From an uncultured Mycoplasmatota bacterium (GTDB taxonomy: Bacteria; Bacillota_I; Bacilli_A; RF39; UBA660), in contig URLV01000001.1 of NCBI GenBank assembly GCA_900548725.1, positions 3,591 to 67,590 on the forward strand: a stretch of DNA of 64,000 nucleotides, given 5' to 3'. The translations under genes were made by a program, and so were the position numbers. The notes beneath the pieces were generated by a model that saw nothing but the letters and a program-made list of their open reading frames with translations, was not told the origin of the DNA and made no database searches. Of the stretch, positions 41,847 to 51,012 are shown piece by piece; positions within the stretch are counted from its first letter, which is position 1; every line of letters begins with the position of its first letter.

Positions 41847-41875
41847 ATAATAGCATTTGATATTAGTTTTGTCAA
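41847..41875 (-). promoter_or_regulatory. sigma-A promoter TTGACA-N17-TATTAT for sRNA copy 2
   Basis: It sits at the same position and carries the same hexamers as the copy-1 promoter. Confidence 0.5.
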
Positions 41876-42026
41876 ATGCTTTTTTATTATGATTATGTAT
41901 GTTTATTTTCCATAAATTCTAATTTTACATTTTTTTACATCAATTTAACTATGAATAATACGTTTTTTTGTTGATAATGTTATACTATAAATAGAATAAC
42001 TTTGTAAATATTATAGGAGAATTTAT

Positions 42027-44960
42027 ATGTTTGAAAAAATTAAATTAAAAAACATTATAGGTAAGATAAAGAAAAATAGTGATTCAAAAAAAATAGAAAT
42101 ATTATATAGTAATTTAGGAGCTAAATTAAAAAATAATATAGAGTTATGTGACTTAATATTTCAGAAAGATAAAACTTTATTAAAAATCTTACCATTTGAA
42201 TATCAATTAGATAAATTAAACACTAATAAAGATAATTATAATTATAAAAATATTATAAAACTTGTTTCTAACGACGTAAATCATGAATATTTAAAAAATA
42301 ATATTTCTGATACATATGTATTATCCAATTATATAGACAATAATCCAGATTTTTTAAAAGAATATTTATTAAATAACTTAGAGTTATTGAATGATATTAC
42401 AATTAAGAAGTATGCAAGAGAGACTATGTTAAACTTTTTAGCAACAACTAATTTGTTAGATAAAATTATAAATAATGAAGAAATATTAAAAAATAATGAG
42501 TTAGTATTTGATATTTTAAAGAAGGATAATAATTTAATGAATTTAGTTTCTAGCGAAATTAGATTAAATTTTTTCTTATCTGAAACAAATCATATTTACA
42601 CTGATGATGTAAGCGATTTAAAGTTATTTCAATATTTAACTTCAAAAGAAAAAGAGCTAGCATTTATAGAAACAATAAATAGAAAAGGAAGTAGAATAAG
42701 TAATAATGAACTAGAATTTTTAATTAGTAAAATGGATGCTGAATTGCAAAAAAAGGTTGCATTAATTAATTTGGATTTTATTAAATATTGTAATAAAGAA
42801 GTTCAATTAGATTTATTTTATACTGATAATACATTAATTAAATATTTAGATGAAAACACTAGAATTGAAGCCTTAAATGAAATTCCTAATGCAATATATA
42901 ATATGAGAGAAGAGATCACAAACTATTCATATGAGAAATTTAATAACTTAAATGTGAATAATTTAAATATAAATGATTTAATTAAATCTTCTATATTTAA
43001 TGCAAAAGGTTCAACATTGGATATTGCTTCAACCAACGGAAATTATGATATGTTTTATGGTATAAATCAGTATACTAAGTCACAATATGATTTTTATCAA
43101 AGAATGAGTGACGAACAAATTGCAAGATTATGTATGTATGATACAAATTATATTCTTCCCATCGCTAATGTAAATCAAGAAAATTTATTAAATGCAAAAT
43201 CTAGAATTAAAAATATTTTTAAATTAATTTATGGTGAAGAAATTCAAAAAAAATATTCTGAACTAATAGATGTTATAATGGATAATTATCATTTTGATTG
43301 TATAGACAATCCTAATTGCATAATAGATTCTTTTAAAATTATTTTTAACAAAGATATTATAAAAAGTAATGATGTAGATTTAATAAATAAATACATTATA
43401 AGTAATATAAATAATAATACAAATAAGGATTTATTTAATAATATAATGGAAAATGCATATGGAAATAATGCAAAGGAAATATTAAATTCTAGAATTAATT
43501 TAAATGAACATAATATCAATAGTTTAGAAATTTTTAATCCCATTATAGTTGAAAAATTCGGTATTGGTTTAATTCATGATTTAATAAGCTATAATATATC
43601 AAATATGTCATATTTTTTAAGTTTAGTAAAAGATAATAAAAAATTATCTAATTTGTCTGATTTATATGAATTAGAATCAAATATATATGGCAAAAACATT
43701 TCGACTTTTCAAAGAACACTAAATGACTACGATAAAATGGAAAGTTTACTAAATGATATTGGAGAAAATGAATTAAGCGATGTTGAATTAAATAATTTAT
43801 ATAGTTTAATTATTAATAGAAATTATGGTGAAATTATAAAAAAAGATGATTTAATAAACTATGAAAACATCGTTAAAGATAAACTATTAAAGGAAATAAG
43901 TAATATAACTAATCTAGACTATATCAAAGAAAAGATATGTTTAGGAATATTTGGAAACAATTATAAAAATAATACTGAAAAAAATGATGAAAATGTCTTT
44001 TCATATTTAAAAATGTATAATGCTTCTAATGCATATAATAATGATTTATTAACCCTCAATGAAAAAATTATGTTAGATTTCATAGATGTAATCAGTAAAG
44101 AAAATAATAAAAATATTATTATTGAGTTAATAACTAATTTATTTCAGGAAAAAAATGTGCTAGGTAATATAGATTTTATAACTGCTTTTAAAAAGATTGA
44201 AAATAATCAAGAAAAATTATTAAATGATAATTTAGTTAGTGTAGAAAAATTAGAAAATGAATTATCAAAAGATAATGGTAATGTAATAAAAATATTTAAA
44301 AATGGAGTTCCAATTTATATTTTAAATGGAATTGATTTTGGGATACTACGTCATAATATTGGAGGAACTAATAATGGTTATATATATAATGCTATTAATA
44401 ATGGTAATTCATTAGATAATATTGAAAAGTTTGAGGAACAATTTGGGAGTTCTACTATTTCAATGTCGTATAGCTCTAATAACAGAAATTATATTACTTA
44501 TGATCATGATATATTGAAGACTTTTCTTGGATTCGGTTATTCAAAAATTCCAGATAACGCTATTGTAGGAATGGATGCAGGTAAAGGAACAAGAGATATC
44601 AGTACGGAACACGCTCCAAAATTAACTACTTCTTTTGCCAAAAATGGTTCAATAAATTTTGATGAAGTACATAATTCAAATAGAAGTGAAGAAGTTTCTA
44701 TGTATAGAAGATTAAGAAATCAAGAATTAATAACAAATGAAAATCTAGGTGGTAGATATGATTTTGATTATTTTAGTGGATTTATTAATGTTAGTAATTT
44801 AGAAAATTTGGAAAATCTTAGTTTGCACATTGATAGAGTTAATGTTTATGAAGAAGCAAAAAAAAGAAATATACCTATTATTTTAGTTAACTGCTATGCT
44901 TATGCAAAAAATAAAGATAACGAAGAAAAAATTGAAATAGAGAAAGGAATTTCTAAATGA
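42027..44960 (+). CDS. giant hypothetical protein (977 aa), cytoplasmic, N/K/I-rich helical body with a G/N/S-rich C-terminal domain
   Basis: It is an uninterrupted 2.9-kb ORF with no signal peptide and no recognised motif. The RBS is TAGGAGAA. Confidence 0.5.
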   Translation: MFEKIKLKNIIGKIKKNSDSKKIEILYSNLGAKLKNNIELCDLIFQKDKTLLKILPFEYQLDKLNTNKDNYNYKNIIKLVSNDVNHEYLKNNISDTYVLSNYIDNNPDFLKEYLLNNLELLNDITIKKYARETMLNFLATTNLLDKIINNEEILKNNELVFDILKKDNNLMNLVSSEIRLNFFLSETNHIYTDDVSDLKLFQYLTSKEKELAFIETINRKGSRISNNELEFLISKMDAELQKKVALINLDFIKYCNKEVQLDLFYTDNTLIKYLDENTRIEALNEIPNAIYNMREEITNYSYEKFNNLNVNNLNINDLIKSSIFNAKGSTLDIASTNGNYDMFYGINQYTKSQYDFYQRMSDEQIARLCMYDTNYILPIANVNQENLLNAKSRIKNIFKLIYGEEIQKKYSELIDVIMDNYHFDCIDNPNCIIDSFKIIFNKDIIKSNDVDLINKYIISNINNNTNKDLFNNIMENAYGNNAKEILNSRINLNEHNINSLEIFNPIIVEKFGIGLIHDLISYNISNMSYFLSLVKDNKKLSNLSDLYELESNIYGKNISTFQRTLNDYDKMESLLNDIGENELSDVELNNLYSLIINRNYGEIIKKDDLINYENIVKDKLLKEISNITNLDYIKEKICLGIFGNNYKNNTEKNDENVFSYLKMYNASNAYNNDLLTLNEKIMLDFIDVISKENNKNIIIELITNLFQEKNVLGNIDFITAFKKIENNQEKLLNDNLVSVEKLENELSKDNGNVIKIFKNGVPIYILNGIDFGILRHNIGGTNNGYIYNAINNGNSLDNIEKFEEQFGSSTISMSYSSNNRNYITYDHDILKTFLGFGYSKIPDNAIVGMDAGKGTRDISTEHAPKLTTSFAKNGSINFDEVHNSNRSEEVSMYRRLRNQELITNENLGGRYDFDYFSGFINVSNLENLENLSLHIDRVNVYEEAKKRNIPIILVNCYAYAKNKDNEEKIEIEKGISK

Positions 44961-45127
44961 AAAAAGAGTATTTAAAAACAAAAATGAATACAGATAATAG
45001 TAAAACCTTAAAATATTTAAAAGCAGTGTATAAAGTTGTAGATAATAACAGTGATATGCGTAATAGCAAAACGATTAAAAGAATGTTAAAATATGATAAA
45101 AATAAGAATAAAGATTTAAATGATTAA
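44957..45127 (+). CDS. small lysine-rich protein (56 aa), start overlaps stop of the 977-aa gene (ATGA)
   Basis: I translated it by hand: MKKEYLKTKMNTDNSKTLKYLKAVYKVVDNNSDMRNSKTIKRMLKYDKNKNKDLND. The arrangement suggests translational coupling. Confidence 0.3.
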   Translation: MKKEYLKTKMNTDNSKTLKYLKAVYKVVDNNSDMRNSKTIKRMLKYDKNKNKDLND

Positions 45128-45365
45128 TTTTAGATAAAAAAATTAACACAACAAATAATTATAAGAGTAATTTATAAAATTGAAAAAATTTTACTACATA
45201 ATAAAAAAAAATGTTGTTTCACTTGTTTGTGAAATAGAAAAAGAATTAAAACATATAAAAGAGCAAAAAAATAAAAAGAACTTTATATTAAATTCTTTTT
45301 TATTTTTTCATTAATTAGTTCAGTCGAAATCAAAATATTATTTATTAGCATAAACTAACTACTTA

Positions 45366-45995
45366 TTACAATATTATATCTTGTATACCAACTTCTAAAA
45401 TTTCATCATTTGCCCAAACAACAGCAAGTCCGTTTTCAATATCTTCTTTAAAATTGTACAATATAGCAAACTTGCAATATTCTTTATCTTTACTTTCTCT
45501 TTTTATATAAATTTGCTTTGGAATAATATATTTATAAAAATTTGTATCATCTAATTCTATATTATATTTTTTTTGACAATAATCTTTTAATACACTATAT
45601 GATTTAAAAAATATTTCTTTTATATTATCCATAAATTTATTAAATGTTCTATTTTGTAATATAGTTATTTCTTCATTATCAAAAACGTCAAATTTAATTT
45701 TTAAATTAATATATCTATTTAAAAAATTATAATTTAAAATATATTCGTTTTTTTTAGATTTCATTTCTTCTTTTATTCTAATTTTATTTAATTTAATATA
45801 ATAATATTCACAAGCACTTTCTTCATCATTAAATTCTTTTAATGCACAACGAGTTCCTCTCTCGTAAAAAAAGACTAGCCATTTATCACTTTCTTCCATA
45901 ATACAATATTTATTATCACTTGCTCTACCAAAAAACATTTTATTTTCAAGTTCTTTGTAAGGCTCTAATTTTTCTTTTAATTCATTTAATTTCAT
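45366..45995 (-). CDS. hypothetical protein (209 aa)
   Basis: ORF track. No motif was recognised. Confidence 0.4.
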   Translation of the reverse strand: MKLNELKEKLEPYKELENKMFFGRASDNKYCIMEESDKWLVFFYERGTRCALKEFNDEESACEYYYIKLNKIRIKEEMKSKKNEYILNYNFLNRYINLKIKFDVFDNEEITILQNRTFNKFMDNIKEIFFKSYSVLKDYCQKKYNIELDDTNFYKYIIPKQIYIKRESKDKEYCKFAILYNFKEDIENGLAVVWANDEILEVGIQDIIL

Positions 45996-46121
45996 AAGCC
46001 CTCCCTTTCTAAATTGATAATTTAATTAAAATATTAAAACAAAATATAAATTAAACCTCATATTATCAACCTTATTCTTTATTTGATTATATCATTTTTA
46101 ATTATTTTAAACAAACATAAA

Positions 46122-47027
46122 CTATTCAGTCATTTTTCCTTTTCTATACATAACTAAAAACTCATCTAATGGTTTAACTAAACTATTATCTCGTACACCA
46201 ACAATACATTCTATGTTATCAGATAAATAAGATTTAAATAACTTAGTAAATTCTTCAGTATTCATTATGCTATCATAGTTATCTAATACTACTACATATT
46301 CATCTTTGCTATCAATCATTTCATTTATAATATTAATTAAAGCATTCTCTATAATAATATTAAATATAGTCTTTTGACTAAAATTAGTTAATAATATAAC
46401 TTGATTTTTACTCTTTAATTCAATACCTCTATCAACACTAATTTTATCTAATAAATTAGGTCTATGAGCAAAATATCCTAAATATTGTTTTAAAACAGAC
46501 ATTATTCCACCTTTAGTTTCTACTGGTGCATTTATTACACTTGATGTAATTATATTTATGTAATTCAAAACATCTAAATTATTAATATATTTAGTCATCT
46601 CATCCATTTCATCTATACTTACTTTTATTATTTCTTTTAAATTTAAACTTCTATTATTATTTAAAATATATAAACATATTCCAGTAAACATACTTCTAGC
46701 AGCATTATCCCAATAAGGATCAACACTATCTTCAGTGTGAATTAATAATTTTCCAAAATTTACTATCTTTTCTATTGCGTCATCTATATTTCCATTTTTA
46801 AATAATTTTTCTGCATCGTATAAAGGATTATAAGCAATATTGCTATTTAAATCACTTATATCTAATTTAATTATTTCATAATTAGTATTTTTAAATAATT
46901 CTTCATACTCTTTCTTAGTATCAAGTATTAGCATACTCTTATTTTTATTTATTAACTCATTAACTCTTTTCTTTATTGCATTTGTTTTACCAGTACTTTC
47001 AAAATCTTCATATAATTTTTTTCTCAT
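46122..47027 (-). CDS. TraG/TraD/VirD4-like type IV coupling protein fragment (301 aa, degenerate P-loop, lacks N-terminal TM region)
   Basis: The motifs FESTGKT....MLILDTKKEY, YNPLYD and DPYWDNAARSMFTGICLYIL match the T4CP pattern G.GKS/T...vlDPKGE...NPL...dpFW..aA..Ll..l. The size is about half of a full T4CP. Confidence 0.45.
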   Translation of the reverse strand: MRKKLYEDFESTGKTNAIKKRVNELINKNKSMLILDTKKEYEELFKNTNYEIIKLDISDLNSNIAYNPLYDAEKLFKNGNIDDAIEKIVNFGKLLIHTEDSVDPYWDNAARSMFTGICLYILNNNRSLNLKEIIKVSIDEMDEMTKYINNLDVLNYINIITSSVINAPVETKGGIMSVLKQYLGYFAHRPNLLDKISVDRGIELKSKNQVILLTNFSQKTIFNIIIENALINIINEMIDSKDEYVVVLDNYDSIMNTEEFTKLFKSYLSDNIECIVGVRDNSLVKPLDEFLVMYRKGKMTE

Positions 47028-47086
47028 TTTTATATCTCCTTTTTTCTAGTATTTATATTACTTATTTCATAATCAAAATTATCTAA

Positions 47087-47431
47087 TTATATTTTACCAT
47101 TAACAATATTACTTCTTGTTTTATCTATCATTTTTATTGTATTTTTCATTTCAATTATATTATTTAATAATTTTTCTCTTTGTTTTAAAAATATATCATC
47201 ACTTAAATCATCTTTATATATTTTTATTTCTTCTAAACTAAAACCCATTTGTTTTAATAATATAATTGCATAATATTCACTAACATTATCTTCATCATAG
47301 TATCTATATGAAGTAAACTTATCTATAATTTTAGGTTTTAATAAATCTATTTCATCATAATATCTAATTGTTTTAATATTAGATTTAACTACATTTGCAA
47401 ATTCTCCTATCTTATACATATTAACCAACAC
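47087..47431 (-). CDS. MerR-family transcriptional regulator
   Basis: The N-terminal HTH is MYKIGEFANVVKSNIKTIRYYDEIDLLKP. Confidence 0.75.
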   Translation of the reverse strand: MLVNMYKIGEFANVVKSNIKTIRYYDEIDLLKPKIIDKFTSYRYYDEDNVSEYYAIILLKQMGFSLEEIKIYKDDLSDDIFLKQREKLLNNIIEMKNTIKMIDKTRSNIVNGKI

Positions 47432-47458
47432 TCTCTAAATTAAGTATATCATAATAAG

Positions 47459-47647
47459 TTAATACTTTAATATTTTCTTTCTAATTCCACCATTAACTTT
47501 ACTATATTCTAAATCACTTTTTAGTTGTTCATTTTTATACATTAATTCATCTATTATTCTTTGTTGCTCTTGATTAATAGAAGCTAACATCTTATTTTTG
47601 TAAATTAATGAGCTTATAGTATTCTTAATTTCTTTCAAATCTTGCAT
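47459..47647 (-). CDS. small coiled-coil protein (62 aa from ATG with RBS AAGGGAGGAA)
   Basis: A strong SD lies upstream of an internal ATG. The track start is 47701. Confidence 0.35.
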   Translation of the reverse strand: MQDLKEIKNTISSLIYKNKMLASINQEQQRIIDELMYKNEQLKSDLEYSKVNGGIRKKILKY

Positions 47648-47839
47648 ATCATTTCCTCCCTTCGTTAAGTAATATAACATTACATCTAACTGGAGAGTCA
47701 AGTAAATAATATTGACATTAAGTTCAAGAATTTATAAAAATAATTCTCACTTTAAAATTATTGTTGATAGATAAAGAATAATCTAAGCAAAATGAAATAA
47801 AAAGAATATACTAAAACATAGCATACTCTCTTTTCAAGT

Positions 47840-48790
47840 TTATCTTGACATACCTCGGGATTGTGAAATACCTTCACTGATAAAATATTTATCTTCAGCC
47901 GAATCATATGAATAAGTATTTCTACCAATTGCATATTCTCTTAATCCTTCTGCTACTTTAGGATTACTTTCCCTTTGAATCATTGCTTCAATTTCTTCTT
48001 GAGATAATGGAGGAATAACCACATTTTGTGGATATGGGTCATAACCACCTAATAGTATCATATCACTTAAACCATGTTCTTGATTTAAAGGAGTAATCGC
48101 ACTATATCTAATTCCTCTTTTTTTATCTTCACTAAGAATTCTTGCAGTATCTAATTTATCCCTTACTAATAAAGTCCTTGATTCATATTTATCATTCCAA
48201 AACCCAGAATCAAATGCTTGTCTTGGAATATAAAGCATTGAATCAATACTAGCTCTATCAAAAGTTTCAGATAATTTTCCTTTAGTAAAACTCTTATATT
48301 CTCTGTCTCTCATAACACCATTAGATGTATAATATTTTTTTTCAGACCAAGTAGAATTATTGCATTCATCCATTTTGCAGTCTATATTATTCACCCTAGA
48401 ACCATTAGTAGTTAAAGTAATAAATCCGTATTCATCAATTGTTGCCACTTCTTCAATGACATCTTTTTCTCTAATACTTTGTCCATTTAAACCAATAAAC
48501 GGTTTTTCTTCTTCTGTTCTAACACATCTAAATGTTTCAGGATTCGAACTCGAAATACTCATTGAATATTTTTTACCATCAGAAGAAATCCAATCAAACG
48601 ATATATTTCTGTTTTCTTCTTTAACAGTTGTGGTTTTAACAGATTCAGACATTCCCATTTGGCTTATTAAACCATCAATTTGCGAGATGACAGAACCAAA
48701 TGCAGGATTCTCTAAAAAGCTCTTGTCAATGCCTAAACCTATAATACGTTGACTAAGTTTATCTCTTAATTCTTTCACAGTATAATACAT
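47840..48790 (-). CDS. hypothetical protein (316 aa), visibly higher GC than surroundings
   Basis: ORF track. The composition is G/C-richer (many GGN/CCN codons) and the protein is Ser/Gly/Glu-rich. It is divergent from the XRE regulator. Confidence 0.45.
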   Translation of the reverse strand: MYYTVKELRDKLSQRIIGLGIDKSFLENPAFGSVISQIDGLISQMGMSESVKTTTVKEENRNISFDWISSDGKKYSMSISSSNPETFRCVRTEEEKPFIGLNGQSIREKDVIEEVATIDEYGFITLTTNGSRVNNIDCKMDECNNSTWSEKKYYTSNGVMRDREYKSFTKGKLSETFDRASIDSMLYIPRQAFDSGFWNDKYESRTLLVRDKLDTARILSEDKKRGIRYSAITPLNQEHGLSDMILLGGYDPYPQNVVIPPLSQEEIEAMIQRESNPKVAEGLREYAIGRNTYSYDSAEDKYFISEGISQSRGMSR

Positions 48791-48993
48791 TAATATAACA
48801 CCTCTTCTAAATTCATAATTTTTCCTTCTTTCCTATAATTTAATAAATCATTCACACTAAACAACCTAAAAACATAATACTCTCCACAACCACTCCTATC
48901 GTTACAATTAAATTATAGCAAAATATTTTGTCGTATGCTAGGGGCAAGTGAATAAAAATGTAAAAATAATGGGACAATTTAATTGGTGATTAC

Positions 48994-49428
48994 ATGTCTT
49001 TAAATAAACTAATTGAAATAAGAGAAAAGAAAAACCTATCACAAAGAGCAATGGCAAACGAATTAAATGTAAGTAAATCAACATACGCTAGATGGGAAAC
49101 ATTAGAACAATATATTCCACTAACAAAATTAAATACTATATGTAATAAATATAAAATAAGTATGGATTACTTAATGGGATTAACTAAACAAAATAAAAAA
49201 TATCCAATTGTAAAAGAATTAGATAAAAAATTAATAGGAAGTAATTTAAAAAAAATAAGAAAAGATAATAATGTAAATCAAGAATATATAGCAAGTATTT
49301 TTAATACTACTCATTCAACTATAAGCGCATACGAAAATGGAAAAACATTAATATTAACAATATTTTTAGTAGAATTTTGTAAGCAATTCAACGTATCTAT
49401 GGATGAAATATGTAAAACAAAATTATAA
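48994..49428 (+). CDS. XRE-family transcriptional regulator with two tandem HTH (Cro/C1-type) domains
   Basis: The first HTH is LSQRAMANELNVSKSTYARWE. The second is IRKDNNVNQEYIASIFNTTHSTISAYENGK. Confidence 0.7.
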   Translation: MSLNKLIEIREKKNLSQRAMANELNVSKSTYARWETLEQYIPLTKLNTICNKYKISMDYLMGLTKQNKKYPIVKELDKKLIGSNLKKIRKDNNVNQEYIASIFNTTHSTISAYENGKTLILTIFLVEFCKQFNVSMDEICKTKL

Positions 49429-49487
49429 AATTATTTCACTACAAAAAAATAATTGCAAAAACTATAAACATACTTTGCAATTATTTT

Positions 49488-50195
49488 TTAATCTCTATCA
49501 TCCTCATCTTCATTATTTATATCTTTATAATTAAAATGAGCCCATTTAATACTTATAATATTTACATTAGAACTAAGAACATTAACAACACTTTCTACTC
49601 TATTAGGTTCATTAGTAATAATATTAGCACGTAATTTAACCTCATCTTTAGTTATTTCATTTTTTTCTAAACTTTCTAAAGTTAATCTATTATTTTCTAA
49701 AGAATTATATAAAATATTTCTAATATCCATTTCTGCATCTTTTTTGCATTCAATTCTTATACTACATAATTCTAAATTATTTTTCTTAATAACATCCATA
49801 ATTTTAATAGATACAATTCTTAAAACAACATTTGATATCAATACAAATAATGTTCCAATACTAGCTTCAAAAAGCATTCCAGTAGAACACAAAACACCTA
49901 TAGCAGCAACACACCATAAAGTAGCAGCGGTGTTAAGACCTTTTATCTTTGAACCATCCCTTAAAATAACACCAGCACCTAAAAAACCTATACCACTAAC
50001 AACTTGAGCTGCAATTCTAGCATGATCATTTACTCCAATACCAAAAGACACAGTAACAAACATAAATGCCCCCAAACAAACTAACACATTAGTTCTCAAA
50101 CCTACCATTCTATGTCTATATTGTCTTTCTAATCCAACTAATAAACTCAATATAAAACAAACACTAATTCTAATTAAAAAAGTTGTATAACTCAT
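49488..50195 (-). CDS. MgtC/SapB family membrane protein (start at ATG with RBS AAGGGGA)
   Basis: It has LVGLERQYRHRMVGLRTNVLVCLGA and GIGFLGAGVILRDG motifs, plus the C-terminal ACT-like soluble domain. Confidence 0.75.
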   Translation of the reverse strand: MSYTTFLIRISVCFILSLLVGLERQYRHRMVGLRTNVLVCLGAFMFVTVSFGIGVNDHARIAAQVVSGIGFLGAGVILRDGSKIKGLNTAATLWCVAAIGVLCSTGMLFEASIGTLFVLISNVVLRIVSIKIMDVIKKNNLELCSIRIECKKDAEMDIRNILYNSLENNRLTLESLEKNEITKDEVKLRANIITNEPNRVESVVNVLSSNVNIISIKWAHFNYKDINNEDEDDRD

Positions 50196-50280
50196 AAATA
50201 ATCCCCTTTCAGAACCATCGATTATACTACAATATATTATAAAAATAAAGTATAAATTCAAAAAAATAGCACATAACGTA

Positions 50281-51012
50281 CTACTTTTTACCAAACAACA
50301 AAAATCCTTTTTTATTATTAACTTTTTTCTTCTTATACAAATTTAAATATTCACCTAAAGCTTTACTTTGTTTAAAAGGAAACAAGAACGAATATTTTTC
50401 TCTATTTTTATCTTGTATATCCTTAATATGTTTTTTTAATTCTTCATATTTTACTATTAAATCATTATCCTTAGCAAAACGTCTTATCTTAACCAATACT
50501 TTAGTAGAATAAATATAATCTAGTACAATTATTCCAAAGAATATTCCTAAAATAAATGAGAATGATTGATTAACTTTAAACCAATCTAAAGCATTCATAA
50601 TTTTATCAGCAATAAAGTAATAATATACAGCTCCTAACAAAGTCCATATAAGTGTAAATTGAGGACATATAATTCCTTTAAAATTACCAGGCATATCACT
50701 ATAATCCCATAATTTAACTCCACTAGCTTCAATAAATATTAATCCACCAATTAATTCAATCAAAGTCATAGATAACCCCATTAATATAATTATCAAAAAA
50801 GGATTAACAACCAACTTAGAAAATATTAAATATATAACGGTTAAAGTACAAAGCCCAAAACCATATATAGGCAAATAAGGTCCAACTAAAAAACCTGGAT
50901 TAACCCATTTTTTATGAACTATTCTTCTAAAAAACAATTCTAATACATATCCAAATGTACTTCCTATAAAAAATATAAATACAAAATATAAAAACCAAGA
51001 CATCATAACCAC
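50281..51012 (-). CDS. membrane protein of the 'putative ABC-transporter type IV' (PF06541/DUF1113-like) family
   Basis: It has 5-6 TM segments and the motif GPYLPIYGFG. Its start overlaps the upstream paralog. Confidence 0.5.
   Translation of the reverse strand: MVMMSWFLYFVFIFFIGSTFGYVLELFFRRIVHKKWVNPGFLVGPYLPIYGFGLCTLTVIYLIFSKLVVNPFLIIILMGLSMTLIELIGGLIFIEASGVKLWDYSDMPGNFKGIICPQFTLIWTLLGAVYYYFIADKIMNALDWFKVNQSFSFILGIFFGIIVLDYIYSTKVLVKIRRFAKDNDLIVKYEELKKHIKDIQDKNREKYSFLFPFKQSKALGEYLNLYKKKKVNNKKGFLLFGKK

Larger units (their letters stand above)
41586..41847. repeat. repeat copy 2 (inverted relative to copy 1)
   Basis: See copy 1. Identity extends outward to include the promoter hexamers. Confidence 0.8.

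Noticed and set aside
43289-43543. Minus-strand 84-aa ORF inside the 977-aa gene
   Set aside because: It is antisense and low-complexity.
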